This document shows positions 46,201 through 55,193 of a DNA stretch of 64,000 nucleotides, in pieces. Source of the stretch: Patescibacteria group bacterium (GTDB taxonomy: Bacteria; Patescibacteriota; Microgenomatia; JAMCYU01); contig JAMCYU010000001.1 in assembly GCA_023473585.1 (NCBI GenBank), forward strand, positions 2,507 to 66,506, read 5' to 3'. The notes under the pieces are model-generated. The model did not search any database and had not been told where the DNA came from. It saw only the letters and a program-made list of their open reading frames with translations. A program made the position numbers and the translations under genes. Within the stretch, counting starts at the first letter, position 1; every line of letters starts with the position of its first letter.

Positions 46201-46620
46201 AATCGCTGCGGGATTAAGCAGGAAAAACAAAGCGGCAAATAAGGCTAGTTTATTTTGCTCGTATTTTGTTCCCTTAAAAAGGTTTTTATAGAGAAAATAG
46301 CAGCAAATAAATCCCAGGATATAAAAACAAACGGTAAAGATTTTAACGCCTAAATAGGCCGGAACACCAAGAGTCTTCAAAAAGAAAAATGGTAATTGCC
46401 AAAAAAGAAGCATGTATTTAAAAAAACTGAGGCCGTTATTTTGTTCTTCCCAAAGATACAAAGACCTTAAGAGATTATCTTGAGGTTTAAGAGGAAAAAT
46501 AAAATCTCCCCCAATATAAAAATTATTATCCCAAATAGACAAAATAAAGACAATTAAGATAATTATCGGAAGAAAATAAAAATAATTATTTTGACAAAAT
46601 CTGATCGCTTTTTTAATCAT
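43243..46620 (-). CDS. Giant polytopic membrane protein, paralog family A, with ~430-aa extra C-terminal extracytoplasmic extension
   Basis: 1125 aa. N-terminus …FYFLPIIILIVFILSIWDNNFYIGGDFIFPLKPQDNLLRSLYLWEEQNNGLSF… is nearly identical in pattern to 46613-48688. Shares …AKGPNPPFGEVY…FRTTSTV… and the C-terminal …IEYQPQKWFVWGIIVSLVAFLV anchor. Contains a perfect 21-nt tandem duplication (PTLQFSQ x2). Confidence 0.5.
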   Translation of the reverse strand: MIKKAIRFCQNNYFYFLPIIILIVFILSIWDNNFYIGGDFIFPLKPQDNLLRSLYLWEEQNNGLSFFKYMLLFWQLPFFFLKTLGVPAYLGVKIFTVCFYILGFICCYFLYKNLFKGTKYEQNKLALFAALFFLLNPAAILVLVGTLPLYGFPICLFFLLKFLETKKTFYILPFSFFVNISFFPDLPQAKLLITFCMAAFFLVLAYGYIQKISVIKLFQRLFLLSILTLLLNAFVFLPFVNDTLGAKGIYGQYSKEVTVYDGNADLYSAALPFTMRFFNSNLIDKKSNLGQFLSNPIFVVWTFSLWLFALLTTIFIKDKKAKTIIFFLLVPLVILIFIAKGPNPPFGEVYRLMLTKIPVFKLFRTTSTVIIAGAVFYSFFLTICAYYLSQKWKYGFIGLLIVNLLIFHPIYLGYKLEYSFGGGSQQKGISLPNEYFQLGDKLDGLKDDNKVLSLPLNDGYVHKNWFYSGQSILSWLTKKPLIHTSGVNLPSSPESFSSQEACLFSSLYNIGYVVEEKDAAGQEKTRQLPFPGENLINNNYFNLTKVEPSCQTPPIYIPKQLVYFQGNKNNLFLAASKLSRKQEVMVYQEGDDQDKNTQFLKDANSVIIESSSRNAAFDMKGRNYYRLFLGQENYLGEVFYPYVRINPGSFFYKIVLLKEQKEEEINVKNKKKLFDKELFYATKRISEIIKWGVQNQWWQDNLKRYGQKINKAIELSGDFGNQRDNLELVVEYLDRHQEKIEKLSQTTAFWNKEKLSSWREAFKSLKEIKPNNALPTLQFSQPTLQFSQLEYEIKTPVFGQYEASLDFGNNQSFFLSQGKKEFFLNNSSFGEINKQDLGTFTLEPKTNVFKVHLGQAVNLLDPKKWQFYNTNYLISNKLNSLLFENLNENLNLPKEISISLQEISDWQPNQLYLLKINFKKLKEDSKLNLLIKERKNLFDRLAGDWLPTDTVLLRDQLDKIENYQVLLRADRESLGAFIYLYSQDGKVLVDNIELTKVYLPKLVLASKIKKEDLSGGLILESTKISPVKYKISLLKTNEPFYLILSQSYDQGWKIYDGQKSLTDKNHYLVNGYANAWYLESSNQDRELTIEYQPQKWFVWGIIVSLVAFLVISLISLLQLIKRRKK
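44259..44300 (-). repeat. Perfect 21-nt tandem duplication (gagaaaattgtaaagtaggc[t/a]) x2, in frame
   Basis: Direct reading. Encodes PTLQFSQPTLQFSQ. Confidence 0.85.
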
Positions 46621-48688
46621 GTTTGGAAAGAACAGTTATGAGGCAGAAAATAACTGTCAAGATTGATATTATACCACCAATATAGAAAAATCGCTGCGGC
46701 CAATATTCGATTATCAAAACGTAATTTGTCTCGTTCCCAACGTCTTCGGGATTGATTTGCCAACCGTTAGTTTCGCCGCTGGCTAAAAAATGCCTTGAGT
46801 CTGCCAAATCTTGATTTTGGCCTTTCGCATTTTGAACTTGTATTTTCCACTCCGGACTGTAATTTTGCGCCAGGAAAAGAGTGTATGGGCAAGTTGCCCC
46901 CTGAACATTAACCAGATACCTCGTCGGATTAATCTTTCTAAAAGAAATCTTGGGATCGGAATTCGTTTTTTTTACAAAAACCGGCGGCAAGACGCATTCC
47001 GCTTTTACTTTTTTTAAAAGAAAAAATTTATCTTCGAAGATTTTATCCGCCGGAAAAGCAAGATTGCTATCGGCGTAATTGTCAATCGAGTCCTTTTCGT
47101 GCAGAAGATAACCGACATTACGAAATTTAAGCCATTGACAGGCTTCTTCTCTTGTCATTTTCTTCAAAAACTCATTCGCTTCAAGAGCGGTTTTGCCGGG
47201 AATAACGCTATGGCTATGAATCAAGTGTTTTTTTATGAGCCAATTAATAATTGAGGATCCTCTATAACCCCAGTCTTTATAACTATAACCGTCGTCCAAA
47301 GGCACAGAGAGAATCTTTGATTCATCGGCAAGAAAATTTATAAGTTTTGCCATCTGAAAATATTCTTTAGGAATACCTACCCCTTTTTGAAAAGCACTGC
47401 CACCGGGGTAGTTATATAATTTATATCCTAAATAGACAAAGTGAAAAACCAGAACATGAATCAAGATAAAGAAATAAAAAAACCTTTTTTGTTTTTTATA
47501 AAAAGCATAAAGCGATAAGCTCATTAAGAAAGCGAAAAATAGTGATCCGGCCACAACCACCGTTGACGAAGTTCTGAAAACTTTAAAAAAGGAAACGTTA
47601 AAAAGAAAATATTTATAAATTTCGCCGAAAGGAGGATTCGCTCCTTTGGCCAGAAAAAAATAAAAACACGTAAACGCCAGTAAAAGATAAATAATTTTTT
47701 TCTTATCCTTATCTTTTTCCAAAAAACAAAACCACAAAATAATAACCCAGATGAAAAAACTCCAAAGAAGAAAATAAGAACTGCTAAGTGTTTGCCCTAA
47801 TCGCGAAACGTCGTCAACTAAATTTGAATTATAAAACCGCATCGTAAAAGGCAAAGCCGCCGACGGCACATCGGCCATCCCGTTATATACGGTTACGCTT
47901 TGCGAGTATTGTTTAAAAACTCCTCTCCCGCCAAAAACGTCATTAATAAATGGGAGTAAAACAAAAGCGTTTAATAAAAAGACGATTATTGTTGCCGGAA
48001 AAAGAGTTTTAAAGACTTTCCAAAACGAAAGTTTGTTGAGAATTTTGTAAAGGATGACCAAAAAAAATAAACCGATAGAAAAAGTAATTAAGCTTTTCGC
48101 CTGGGGAAGATCCGATAAATAACCAAGATTGAAAAAGATTGTAAATGGCAAAAGAAAAAGAAGATTTTTTCTTTCCAGGTATTTTAAAAGAAAATAGGCG
48201 CAGACAGGAAAAGAATACAGGGGATGAAAACCTATCACCACTAAAATTGCCGATGGATTAAGGATAAAGATGATCGCTGTTATTAAAGCAAGGACTTTAT
48301 CGTCGTATTTTGTTTTCTTAAAGAGAACTCTGTAGGTTAAGTAGGTAAAAATAAATCCAACAACATAAAAAAGGATGATAACGATTTTAATGCCGACATC
48401 GGCGGGAATTTTAAATAAGGAAGAAATTAGAAAGGGGACGTGCCAAATTAAAAACATGTATCTAAAAAAACTTAAACCACTATTTTCTTCTTGCCAAAGA
48501 TAAAGAGCTTTCAGAATATTATTTTGCGGAGCAAGCGGGAAAATTAGATCTCCGCCGATATAAAAATTTCTATCCCAAATTGAAATAATAAAAATAACAA
48601 GAAGGATAAGCGGAAGAAAAAAGATATTATTTTTTTTAATTAGCTTTGTGAAGATTTTAAGCCAGTCATCTTTAATGGCAATTTTCAT
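46613..48688 (-). CDS. Giant polytopic membrane protein, paralog family A
   Basis: 691 aa. …FFLPLILLVIFIISIWDRNFYIGGDLIFPLAPQNNILKALYLWQEENSGLSF…, …AKGANPPFGEIY…FRTSSTVVV…, and C-terminal …IEYWPQRFFYIGGIISILTVIF. Its stop overlaps the start of 43243-46620 by 8 nt. Confidence 0.5.
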   Translation of the reverse strand: MKIAIKDDWLKIFTKLIKKNNIFFLPLILLVIFIISIWDRNFYIGGDLIFPLAPQNNILKALYLWQEENSGLSFFRYMFLIWHVPFLISSLFKIPADVGIKIVIILFYVVGFIFTYLTYRVLFKKTKYDDKVLALITAIIFILNPSAILVVIGFHPLYSFPVCAYFLLKYLERKNLLFLLPFTIFFNLGYLSDLPQAKSLITFSIGLFFLVILYKILNKLSFWKVFKTLFPATIIVFLLNAFVLLPFINDVFGGRGVFKQYSQSVTVYNGMADVPSAALPFTMRFYNSNLVDDVSRLGQTLSSSYFLLWSFFIWVIILWFCFLEKDKDKKKIIYLLLAFTCFYFFLAKGANPPFGEIYKYFLFNVSFFKVFRTSSTVVVAGSLFFAFLMSLSLYAFYKKQKRFFYFFILIHVLVFHFVYLGYKLYNYPGGSAFQKGVGIPKEYFQMAKLINFLADESKILSVPLDDGYSYKDWGYRGSSIINWLIKKHLIHSHSVIPGKTALEANEFLKKMTREEACQWLKFRNVGYLLHEKDSIDNYADSNLAFPADKIFEDKFFLLKKVKAECVLPPVFVKKTNSDPKISFRKINPTRYLVNVQGATCPYTLFLAQNYSPEWKIQVQNAKGQNQDLADSRHFLASGETNGWQINPEDVGNETNYVLIIEYWPQRFFYIGGIISILTVIFCLITVLSKHD

Positions 48689-48693
48689 ATAAG

Positions 48694-49728
48694 CTAAAGA
48701 TTCTCAAAAGTAGGAATTTTTATTTTAATAAACGCGTTAAATTTCCCGCTGCCAAAATAGAGTTTTTTAAGTATTTCCCCATCGGTGATTTTTCTTCTTT
48801 TTTGAATCCATCGGCGTTTTTGTAAAATACGTTTAATTTTTTTTACATTCCACCACCAGGCGGCTAGATATTGATAAGCCACTCTCCCCCGGCCGAAAAG
48901 AGAAAAAATAACTATTTCTACAACATTAATCACCAAATATATCGGTAAAATCCATATTAAAGTTAAGATTGAATAGTTTTTTAAAAAGTTGGTAATCGTA
49001 TTTCTTTCTCCTAAATAACGCCTCATGTAGGTCGTCCTGTATTTTTCCTCGCGCCTTATCCCCCCGCTTAATGATCCACCGCTGTAATGGTAAACCACTG
49101 CTTGCGGAACACTAATCAATGGAATTTTTAACAAATGAGCTTTCCAGGAAAGATCGATATCGTCACAAAATAAAAAAAGATCCGCGTCAAATTGACCCAA
49201 CTTCATAAAGGTTTTCTTGGGTAAGAAAATAGCCGTCCCGTCACAATAAAAGGGTGGTTTTGAATTTTGAGGGCAATCCGCATTATAGAGACGGTAAGGA
49301 AAACTGAAAATATCCAGACAGATACCGTCAAATAAGAATTCACCGCTGTCGTAGCGTTTTTGCCGGCAAAGAAGAAGAAAGTCTTTTTCTTTAATTTTTC
49401 TGGCTTTCTCTAAAAGACTTTGCAGACATTTTTTTTCTAACTTTGTGTCCGGCCCCAGAAAAAACAAATATTCTCCCGTTGCCTCTTTTACCCCCCAATT
49501 ATTACCCTCGGCATAGCCAATATTTTTCAAGGATTCAATAAGTTTGACTCGTAATTTACCTTGAGATTCTAAAATTATCTTTTTGATTTTTTCTTTTGTC
49601 TTGTCTTTTGATAGAGAATCGACGAAAATTACTTCTGTTTGATTATCTGTTTGCTCAATTATTGAACGATAATAACCGTCTAGGAATTTTAAAGAATTAT
49701 AAGTAACCGTGATGATTGAAGTTTTCAT
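48694..49728 (-). CDS. GT2 glycosyltransferase with C-terminal TM helices (GtrB/CsbB/DPM1-like polyprenyl-phosphate glycosyltransferase candidate)
   Basis: MKTSIITVTYNSLKFLDGYYRSI…EVIFVDSLSKDKT… GT-A N-terminus. C-terminal hydrophobic helices ILTLIWILPIYLVINVVEIVIFSLF. 344 aa. Confidence 0.65.
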   Translation of the reverse strand: MKTSIITVTYNSLKFLDGYYRSIIEQTDNQTEVIFVDSLSKDKTKEKIKKIILESQGKLRVKLIESLKNIGYAEGNNWGVKEATGEYLFFLGPDTKLEKKCLQSLLEKARKIKEKDFLLLCRQKRYDSGEFLFDGICLDIFSFPYRLYNADCPQNSKPPFYCDGTAIFLPKKTFMKLGQFDADLFLFCDDIDLSWKAHLLKIPLISVPQAVVYHYSGGSLSGGIRREEKYRTTYMRRYLGERNTITNFLKNYSILTLIWILPIYLVINVVEIVIFSLFGRGRVAYQYLAAWWWNVKKIKRILQKRRWIQKRRKITDGEILKKLYFGSGKFNAFIKIKIPTFENL

Positions 49729-50645
49729 TTACAAAAATAGTTTAGGGTTTTTTTAAGTCCTTCTTTTAAGGAAGTTTTAGCTTCCCAGTCGAGCTTTTTT
49801 TTAGCCAGGGAACTATCAAGAGAACTGCGACGCTGCTCTTTAAAAATGGAGGGTAGGTGTTTTTGAGGGAGAATAATCCTCGTCTGCTCGGTTATAAGGT
49901 CAAAAATCTCATTAATTGACGTTTCTTTACTCGTCCCGATATTTAAAACCTCATTAATGTTTTTTTCTAAAGCAAGAATATTTGCCGACACAATATCGTC
50001 AATAAAAATAAAATCCCTCGTTTGTTTGCCGTCACCGTTTATAAAAACGTTTCCTCCTCTAAAAAATTTTTTACTAAAAATAGCGATAACCCCACCCTCC
50101 CCATCAGGATCCTGTCTTGGCCCGTAGATATTGGCATAACGTAAAACAACAAAATTTAAACCGTAATTTTTAAAATAGAAACCAAGATATTTTTCGGCGG
50201 TAAGCTTATCAATACCATAGGGAGAAAGAGGTTGTTTCGGTTCATAATCTTCGGGCGTCGGCAAAACTTCTGTTTCTCCATAGACAGCGGAAGAAGAAGC
50301 AAAAATAACTTTTTTGAGATTATTCTTAATCCCCGCTTCTAAAAGATTTAAAAAGCCTAAAATATTAATCTCCGCATCCAAAAGAGGATTAAGAATCGAT
50401 TTTCGAGCGTTAATTTGAGCCGCGTGATGATTTAAAATTTCCGGTTTTTCTTTTACAAAAATCCTTTTAATTTCTTCGGTGTTTCTAATATCTGTCTTAT
50501 AAAATTTCGCCTTGGGATTAATATTTTCCTTTTTCCCATGCGCTAAATTGTCAATAACGATGACTTTATGACCAAGATCAATATACTTATCAACAAGATG
50601 CGAGCCGACAAATCCGGCTCCGCCGGTTATTAATATTTTACTCAT
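49725..50645 (-). CDS. NAD-dependent epimerase/dehydratase (extended SDR; UDP-sugar epimerase or decarboxylase-like)
   Basis: MSKILITGGAGFVGSHLVDKYIDLGHKVIVIDNL…, …SSSAVYGE…, …YANIYGPRQDP…. 306 aa. Confidence 0.7.
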   Translation of the reverse strand: MSKILITGGAGFVGSHLVDKYIDLGHKVIVIDNLAHGKKENINPKAKFYKTDIRNTEEIKRIFVKEKPEILNHHAAQINARKSILNPLLDAEINILGFLNLLEAGIKNNLKKVIFASSSAVYGETEVLPTPEDYEPKQPLSPYGIDKLTAEKYLGFYFKNYGLNFVVLRYANIYGPRQDPDGEGGVIAIFSKKFFRGGNVFINGDGKQTRDFIFIDDIVSANILALEKNINEVLNIGTSKETSINEIFDLITEQTRIILPQKHLPSIFKEQRRSSLDSSLAKKKLDWEAKTSLKEGLKKTLNYFCK

Positions 50646-50650
50646 TTTTG

Positions 50651-51787
50651 TTAAACTGCCCTCATAACTTCCAGTTCTTTTTTGACAATTCTGTCCCAGG
50701 TAAAATCTTTTAACGAATTATGAAATAAGTTCTTCTTTTTTTCTCGTTTTAAAATAAAATCAGCAATCGCTTTCAGATCTTTTTGCCTGAACAAAACAAG
50801 CTGACCGCTTTTTAAATAGTTGTTAAAAACTTCATGATAAATCGGCAAATCATAGGCAAGCACCAACTTATTACAAGCAAAGGCTTCAATGACAGCATGG
50901 GGACAACCCTCATCATAACTTAAAAACAAAAAAAAGCCACAATTACGGTAGATGTCCCCTTTTCCCCTGCCGGTTTTATAACCGAAAAATAAGAAATTCT
51001 TGTCTAGATTATACTCTTTAATTTTTCCGAAAAAATTATTCTTGGTTTTTTCGTCGCCATCCCCAAGAATCCCGATCGTGAAATTGGGGTTTTTCTGAGT
51101 TACAATCCTTGCAACTTCAACTAAATCCATAATCCCCTTAGCAAGATGCAGCCTTCCACAGTACAAAGCGTCAAATTTGGGGGCCTTCTTGTTAATTTTT
51201 CCCGTGAAGATCTCCGTTTCTATACCGTAGCCATTGTTTGTTTTGATAACATTTTTCATTCCATTTTTTTGATAATAATTTTTAAGAAAGTCGGTCACGA
51301 CAAAAATCCCGTCAGCTTTTTTTAACAACCAATCGCCAAGCTTAAAAGCTAAATACGGAATAAGGTTTTTAAGATAGGCTCCCGGTCTTTCCCCTGGTCC
51401 AGGCACAATGTTGTCTACCATCACAAACCACTTAATCCGTTTGTCAAGGTTTTTTAAAACCCACGGAACAAATAAAAAGTCGATAACTGAAGACTGTGAA
51501 TAAACAATATCGTACTTTCCAAACACCTCTTTTATCTTTAAAATAGCCAGAAAATTAACCTTAATTACTTCCCAAATTAAAGAATACGGATTTTTAACTT
51601 TGTATTTGAAATCTAGAGAAAGGTAATTTAAACCCCCGAGTTTACTTTTGTAAAAAAATTCCGCGTCTTTTGTCCCGAAAATTGTTATTTGACAATCATG
51701 TTTTTGCCAGTATTTTATTTTGATGACAGGAATAACCCTGCTTATTCCGGGGACAAAATTGGTATCGTAAACTAAAATTTTCAGCAT
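50651..51787 (-). CDS. Glycosyltransferase family 4 (GT-B); paralog of 38250-39410
   Basis: C-domain …FFLFLSYDEGCPHAVIEAFACNKLVLAYDLPIYHEVF…. The N-terminus is paralogous to 38250-39410. Confidence 0.7.
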   Translation of the reverse strand: MLKILVYDTNFVPGISRVIPVIKIKYWQKHDCQITIFGTKDAEFFYKSKLGGLNYLSLDFKYKVKNPYSLIWEVIKVNFLAILKIKEVFGKYDIVYSQSSVIDFLFVPWVLKNLDKRIKWFVMVDNIVPGPGERPGAYLKNLIPYLAFKLGDWLLKKADGIFVVTDFLKNYYQKNGMKNVIKTNNGYGIETEIFTGKINKKAPKFDALYCGRLHLAKGIMDLVEVARIVTQKNPNFTIGILGDGDEKTKNNFFGKIKEYNLDKNFLFFGYKTGRGKGDIYRNCGFFLFLSYDEGCPHAVIEAFACNKLVLAYDLPIYHEVFNNYLKSGQLVLFRQKDLKAIADFILKREKKKNLFHNSLKDFTWDRIVKKELEVMRAV

Positions 51788-52944
51788 ATTTTTTTGAATA
51801 TCTCTAAATATTCGGCGGCGGCATTATTCCAGTTAAATTGACGGGTATGCCGCCTGGTTAAATCTAAATAATCATTGAATTTTTCATTATCCCAGGCCAA
51901 AACTTCATCAATTTTTTTCGTGATACTTTCTTCTTTTTGAGGATCAAAAAGCAAATTTTGATTGCCTATGACTTCAGGCAGGGCGCCGGCATTAGAACAA
52001 ATGGGCAAACAACCACAGGCAGAAGACTCCAGAATCGGCAGACCAAAACCCTCTTCAAAAGAAGGAAAAATAAAAAGCTTCGCAAAAGAATAAAGAACTC
52101 TTAATTCTTCTTTGGAAACAAAACCTAAAAACTTAACTTTTTTAGTTAAATTCATTTCTTCAAGATATTCCTTAAGTTTAGCGATTGTAAAATCTGGCAA
52201 CAACCCGCAAATAATCAACTGATAACCATCAAATTGTTTTATCTCTTTGAAAGCGTTGATTAGGCCAAAAATGTTTTTCCGTTCGTGGTTCGTGGCGTTG
52301 GTAAAAATAAACTTTTCATGTATTTGATACTTTTTCACAAGTTCTGAAAAGACGACTTCGTCTTTCTTCGGAAAGAAAAAGTTGTCTCTGCCCGGATAAA
52401 TGACTTGGATTTTCTTAGGTTCTGCCCGATAAACTTTTTCCAATTGTTTTTTTACAAAAAAAGAGTCGACGACAATACAATCGGCCCTTTTAATAACAAA
52501 CGGCATAAGAGTTTTCATATACATCACTAAATTCATGTAAATTCTTAACGGGTTGTGAGGATATTTTAAGAAACTTAAATCGTGGATTACGGTTAAAAAC
52601 TTAACTCCCTTGGGTTTAAAAAGAGGAAGGACAAAACTTGGGCTTAAGAAAATTTTAACCTTATAGTCTTTGATCAATTTTAAAACATATAAATTATCAA
52701 AAAAAATATTGACCAGTCTTGTGTCTATTCTCCTTAATAATTTTAGAAAAGAAGAGTCCGCCTTAATATAAGAGGCTATTTTCCCTAATCTTTTGTTGCC
52801 GGTCGAAAAAAAATAATATTTGTGCCCTTTGTCTTTTTGAAGAAGCGCCGTAAAAAGTCCGGCAATATAATTTTGGATTCCCGACGGTTTTTCTTCAAAC
52901 ATGCGAAGATTAACACCAATTAGGTCTTTTTGGCAACTGTCCAC
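51781..52944 (-). CDS. Glycosyltransferase family 4 (GT-B)
   Basis: …FIFPSFEEGFGLPILESSACGCLPICSNAGALPEVIG… (E-X7-E). 387 aa. Confidence 0.75.
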   Translation of the reverse strand: MDSCQKDLIGVNLRMFEEKPSGIQNYIAGLFTALLQKDKGHKYYFFSTGNKRLGKIASYIKADSSFLKLLRRIDTRLVNIFFDNLYVLKLIKDYKVKIFLSPSFVLPLFKPKGVKFLTVIHDLSFLKYPHNPLRIYMNLVMYMKTLMPFVIKRADCIVVDSFFVKKQLEKVYRAEPKKIQVIYPGRDNFFFPKKDEVVFSELVKKYQIHEKFIFTNATNHERKNIFGLINAFKEIKQFDGYQLIICGLLPDFTIAKLKEYLEEMNLTKKVKFLGFVSKEELRVLYSFAKLFIFPSFEEGFGLPILESSACGCLPICSNAGALPEVIGNQNLLFDPQKEESITKKIDEVLAWDNEKFNDYLDLTRRHTRQFNWNNAAAEYLEIFKKIC

Positions 52945-53597
52945 AATGATCCTCCTATATTGACGTTTCCAAAAACAGGTCTTAAAAAGGAAGGTGCGGG
53001 ATAAAAAATAATCTCGTCTTTTAAGATTTCAAATCCGGCCTGTTTTAAAAGAAACCTTAGGCTTTCCCGGTTAAATAAATAGAGATGCGTTTTGTCCTGA
53101 TAACCGAACCATTTATTCCCAAGAATCTTTACGAAAAGAGATGAAATATTGGGAGTTTGTAAAAACAAGAAACCGTCTTTTCTTAAAATCCTTTTTGCCT
53201 CAAGAAGAAAATTATAAGGAGATTGTAAATGTTCAATAACATCAATTCCGGTTATCAGATTAAAAATATTATCCTCAAAAGGTAAACCTTTATTAATATC
53301 GGCTTTTATTAATTTAGCCTTGGTGCGTTTTGCGGCTTCTTTAATGGCAAATTCCGAGACATCAAGGCCATAGGTTGTAAAGCCGTCTTTATCAAAAAGC
53401 GCCAATAAATTACCCAGGGCACAACCCACATCAAGCACTCTGACATTTTGCGGCTCGTAATTTCTAATCTTTTGGCAAATTTTTTCTTTATATAAGTACG
53501 AAAGATTGCCCGTCTTATATTCTAAACAGGTAAAATAGTTACTCTCTTTTCCTTTGAAATATTTTTCTTCAAAGCCACTTTTTTTTCGTGAAGTCAT
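52920..53597 (-). CDS. Class I SAM-dependent methyltransferase
   Basis: SAM-binding motif I …[17 protein letters not shown]… and …[11 protein letters not shown]…. ORF 52920-53654 overlaps the upstream acetyltransferase. Start taken at MTSRKKSG (ATG 53597), which still overlaps by ~29 nt. Confidence 0.65.
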   Translation of the reverse strand: MTSRKKSGFEEKYFKGKESNYFTCLEYKTGNLSYLYKEKICQKIRNYEPQNVRVLDVGCALGNLLALFDKDGFTTYGLDVSEFAIKEAAKRTKAKLIKADINKGLPFEDNIFNLITGIDVIEHLQSPYNFLLEAKRILRKDGFLFLQTPNISSLFVKILGNKWFGYQDKTHLYLFNRESLRFLLKQAGFEILKDEIIFYPAPSFLRPVFGNVNIGGSLWTVAKKT

Positions 53598-54153
53598 AGT
53601 GTTTAATGATTTTGGCCGGTTGACCCGCAACCACGCAAAAGGCCGGCACATCATGAGTCACAACGGCATTGGCACCAATAATGGCGTGTTTGCCGATCCT
53701 AATATTCCCTAGAATAACGCTATTTACACCGATAAAACAATCGTCTTCGATGATAATTTCGCCCTTATAAACTATCGGCTGGTCAATAACCGGTTTCTTA
53801 ATATCCTCATATCCATGAGAATGATCCAAAATCGTCACTCTTTCTGACATTAAAACGTTATTGCCTATGCTTATTTTATTGGCGGCAATAATCATTGAAT
53901 AGGCTCCTATATGAACACGATTGCCGATTGTTAATTTCGGTTTTTCTTTTAAGTCGGTATTCGTTCCCATCCAGCAAAAAAGTCCCAAAGAGACGTCGTC
54001 GCCCAGACCGATATTTTCCGGGTGAGTCGTATTAAGAATCGGCCGAATACTTACGCCACTGCCTATTGACTTAAATCGTCTCGTTACAAACCACGTATAT
54101 AAATTAATCAAAATATTTAAAAAGGGACCGAAAACTTCTTGCGCTTTAGGCAT
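53569..54153 (-). CDS. Hexapeptide-repeat sugar O-acetyltransferase (Maa/WbbJ-like)
   Basis: …[36 protein letters not shown]… and …[50 protein letters not shown]…. 194 aa. Confidence 0.75.
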   Translation of the reverse strand: MPKAQEVFGPFLNILINLYTWFVTRRFKSIGSGVSIRPILNTTHPENIGLGDDVSLGLFCWMGTNTDLKEKPKLTIGNRVHIGAYSMIIAANKISIGNNVLMSERVTILDHSHGYEDIKKPVIDQPIVYKGEIIIEDDCFIGVNSVILGNIRIGKHAIIGANAVVTHDVPAFCVVAGQPAKIIKHYDFTKKKWL

Positions 54154-54164
54154 AAATTTCTTCC

Positions 54165-55193
54165 TTAAAGTTTAATTTTAATTTTTTGGGCAATCATCCT
54201 TGATAAGATTTTGCTTTTGTAAAAATCGGTCAACCTTATCAGGATAAATTTAGGCAAAAAAAGACACATTAAAGTATAAAACCAAAAACGAAAATCAATA
54301 AGACTCGCTTTTCGATATTTTAGATGATTAATTATTTCCTCAATTAAATCTTCAAATCTTCCGTAATTTCTAATTTGCACAAGTCCCACATAATTTTGAG
54401 CTACATAATCTTGGCAAATTTTTCTCACCTTTTCATATTTAGGCTCTGGTAAGGTTTTAGCAAAAACTTCTATCCAGGTTTGAACCGGCGACGGTTCATA
54501 AATGGCAGGTTTATGTCGACATTGGCTTTCATAAATTCCTACGGCAACGATATAGTCTTTTAAAAAGACGATTTTATGCTTCTTAAAGATAGAAAAAAAG
54601 GGGTAGGCCTGTGAGGTAAAAACATGACTGGAAAAAGGTCTATCCAAATATTTGACCTTAAAAGCTAAGCACGAAACTAAATATGTTGACCTAATAGCTG
54701 CCTCGATTAGCTCTCTTTTGTCACTAAGGGAAATAATCGTATCTTTTTTGGTTGAGGGGGGCGGCCAATAACGAACGGGAATTTTTGGATTAGATTCGAA
54801 TTGATAATAAGGCCTCGTCACGATACCGATATCCTCTCCCAACGAAAATCCGCTGACTATTTTGCTTAAAGCATCTTTAAGCAAAAGATCATCTTGGGCC
54901 ATCATGATCATGATCTCGCCGCTTAGATGTTTTTTAAAATTATTAAGATTGTCTCCGTAGCCAACATTGACCTTGTTTCGGAAAAACTTAATCCTTTGGT
55001 CTTTAAACGACTTAATAACTTCCTCGGTGTTGTCAACGGAACAATCATCATTAACGATGATTTCAAAATTATGATAACTTTGTCCCAAGATGCTTTTGAG
55101 AGCTTTTCCAATTGTTTTCTCACCATTATAACTTGGCAAACAAATGCTTAATTTTGGCTTGTTTTCTAAAGAAAAGCTTTGTGTGCTATTCAT
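54165..55193 (-). CDS. Glycosyltransferase family 2 (GT-A)
   Basis: …[45 protein letters not shown]…. 342 aa. Confidence 0.75.
   Translation of the reverse strand: MNSTQSFSLENKPKLSICLPSYNGEKTIGKALKSILGQSYHNFEIIVNDDCSVDNTEEVIKSFKDQRIKFFRNKVNVGYGDNLNNFKKHLSGEIMIMMAQDDLLLKDALSKIVSGFSLGEDIGIVTRPYYQFESNPKIPVRYWPPPSTKKDTIISLSDKRELIEAAIRSTYLVSCLAFKVKYLDRPFSSHVFTSQAYPFFSIFKKHKIVFLKDYIVAVGIYESQCRHKPAIYEPSPVQTWIEVFAKTLPEPKYEKVRKICQDYVAQNYVGLVQIRNYGRFEDLIEEIINHLKYRKASLIDFRFWFYTLMCLFLPKFILIRLTDFYKSKILSRMIAQKIKIKL

Noticed and set aside
49541-49620. Another possible heptamer tract (ctttttgattttttcttttgtcttgtcttttgatagag) in the GT2 gene 48694-49728
   Set aside because: Periodicity of 7 is only approximate (CAAAAGA-like units with several deviations). 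It cannot be distinguished from ordinary Lys/Asp-rich codon usage, so it is not counted among the clear tracts.
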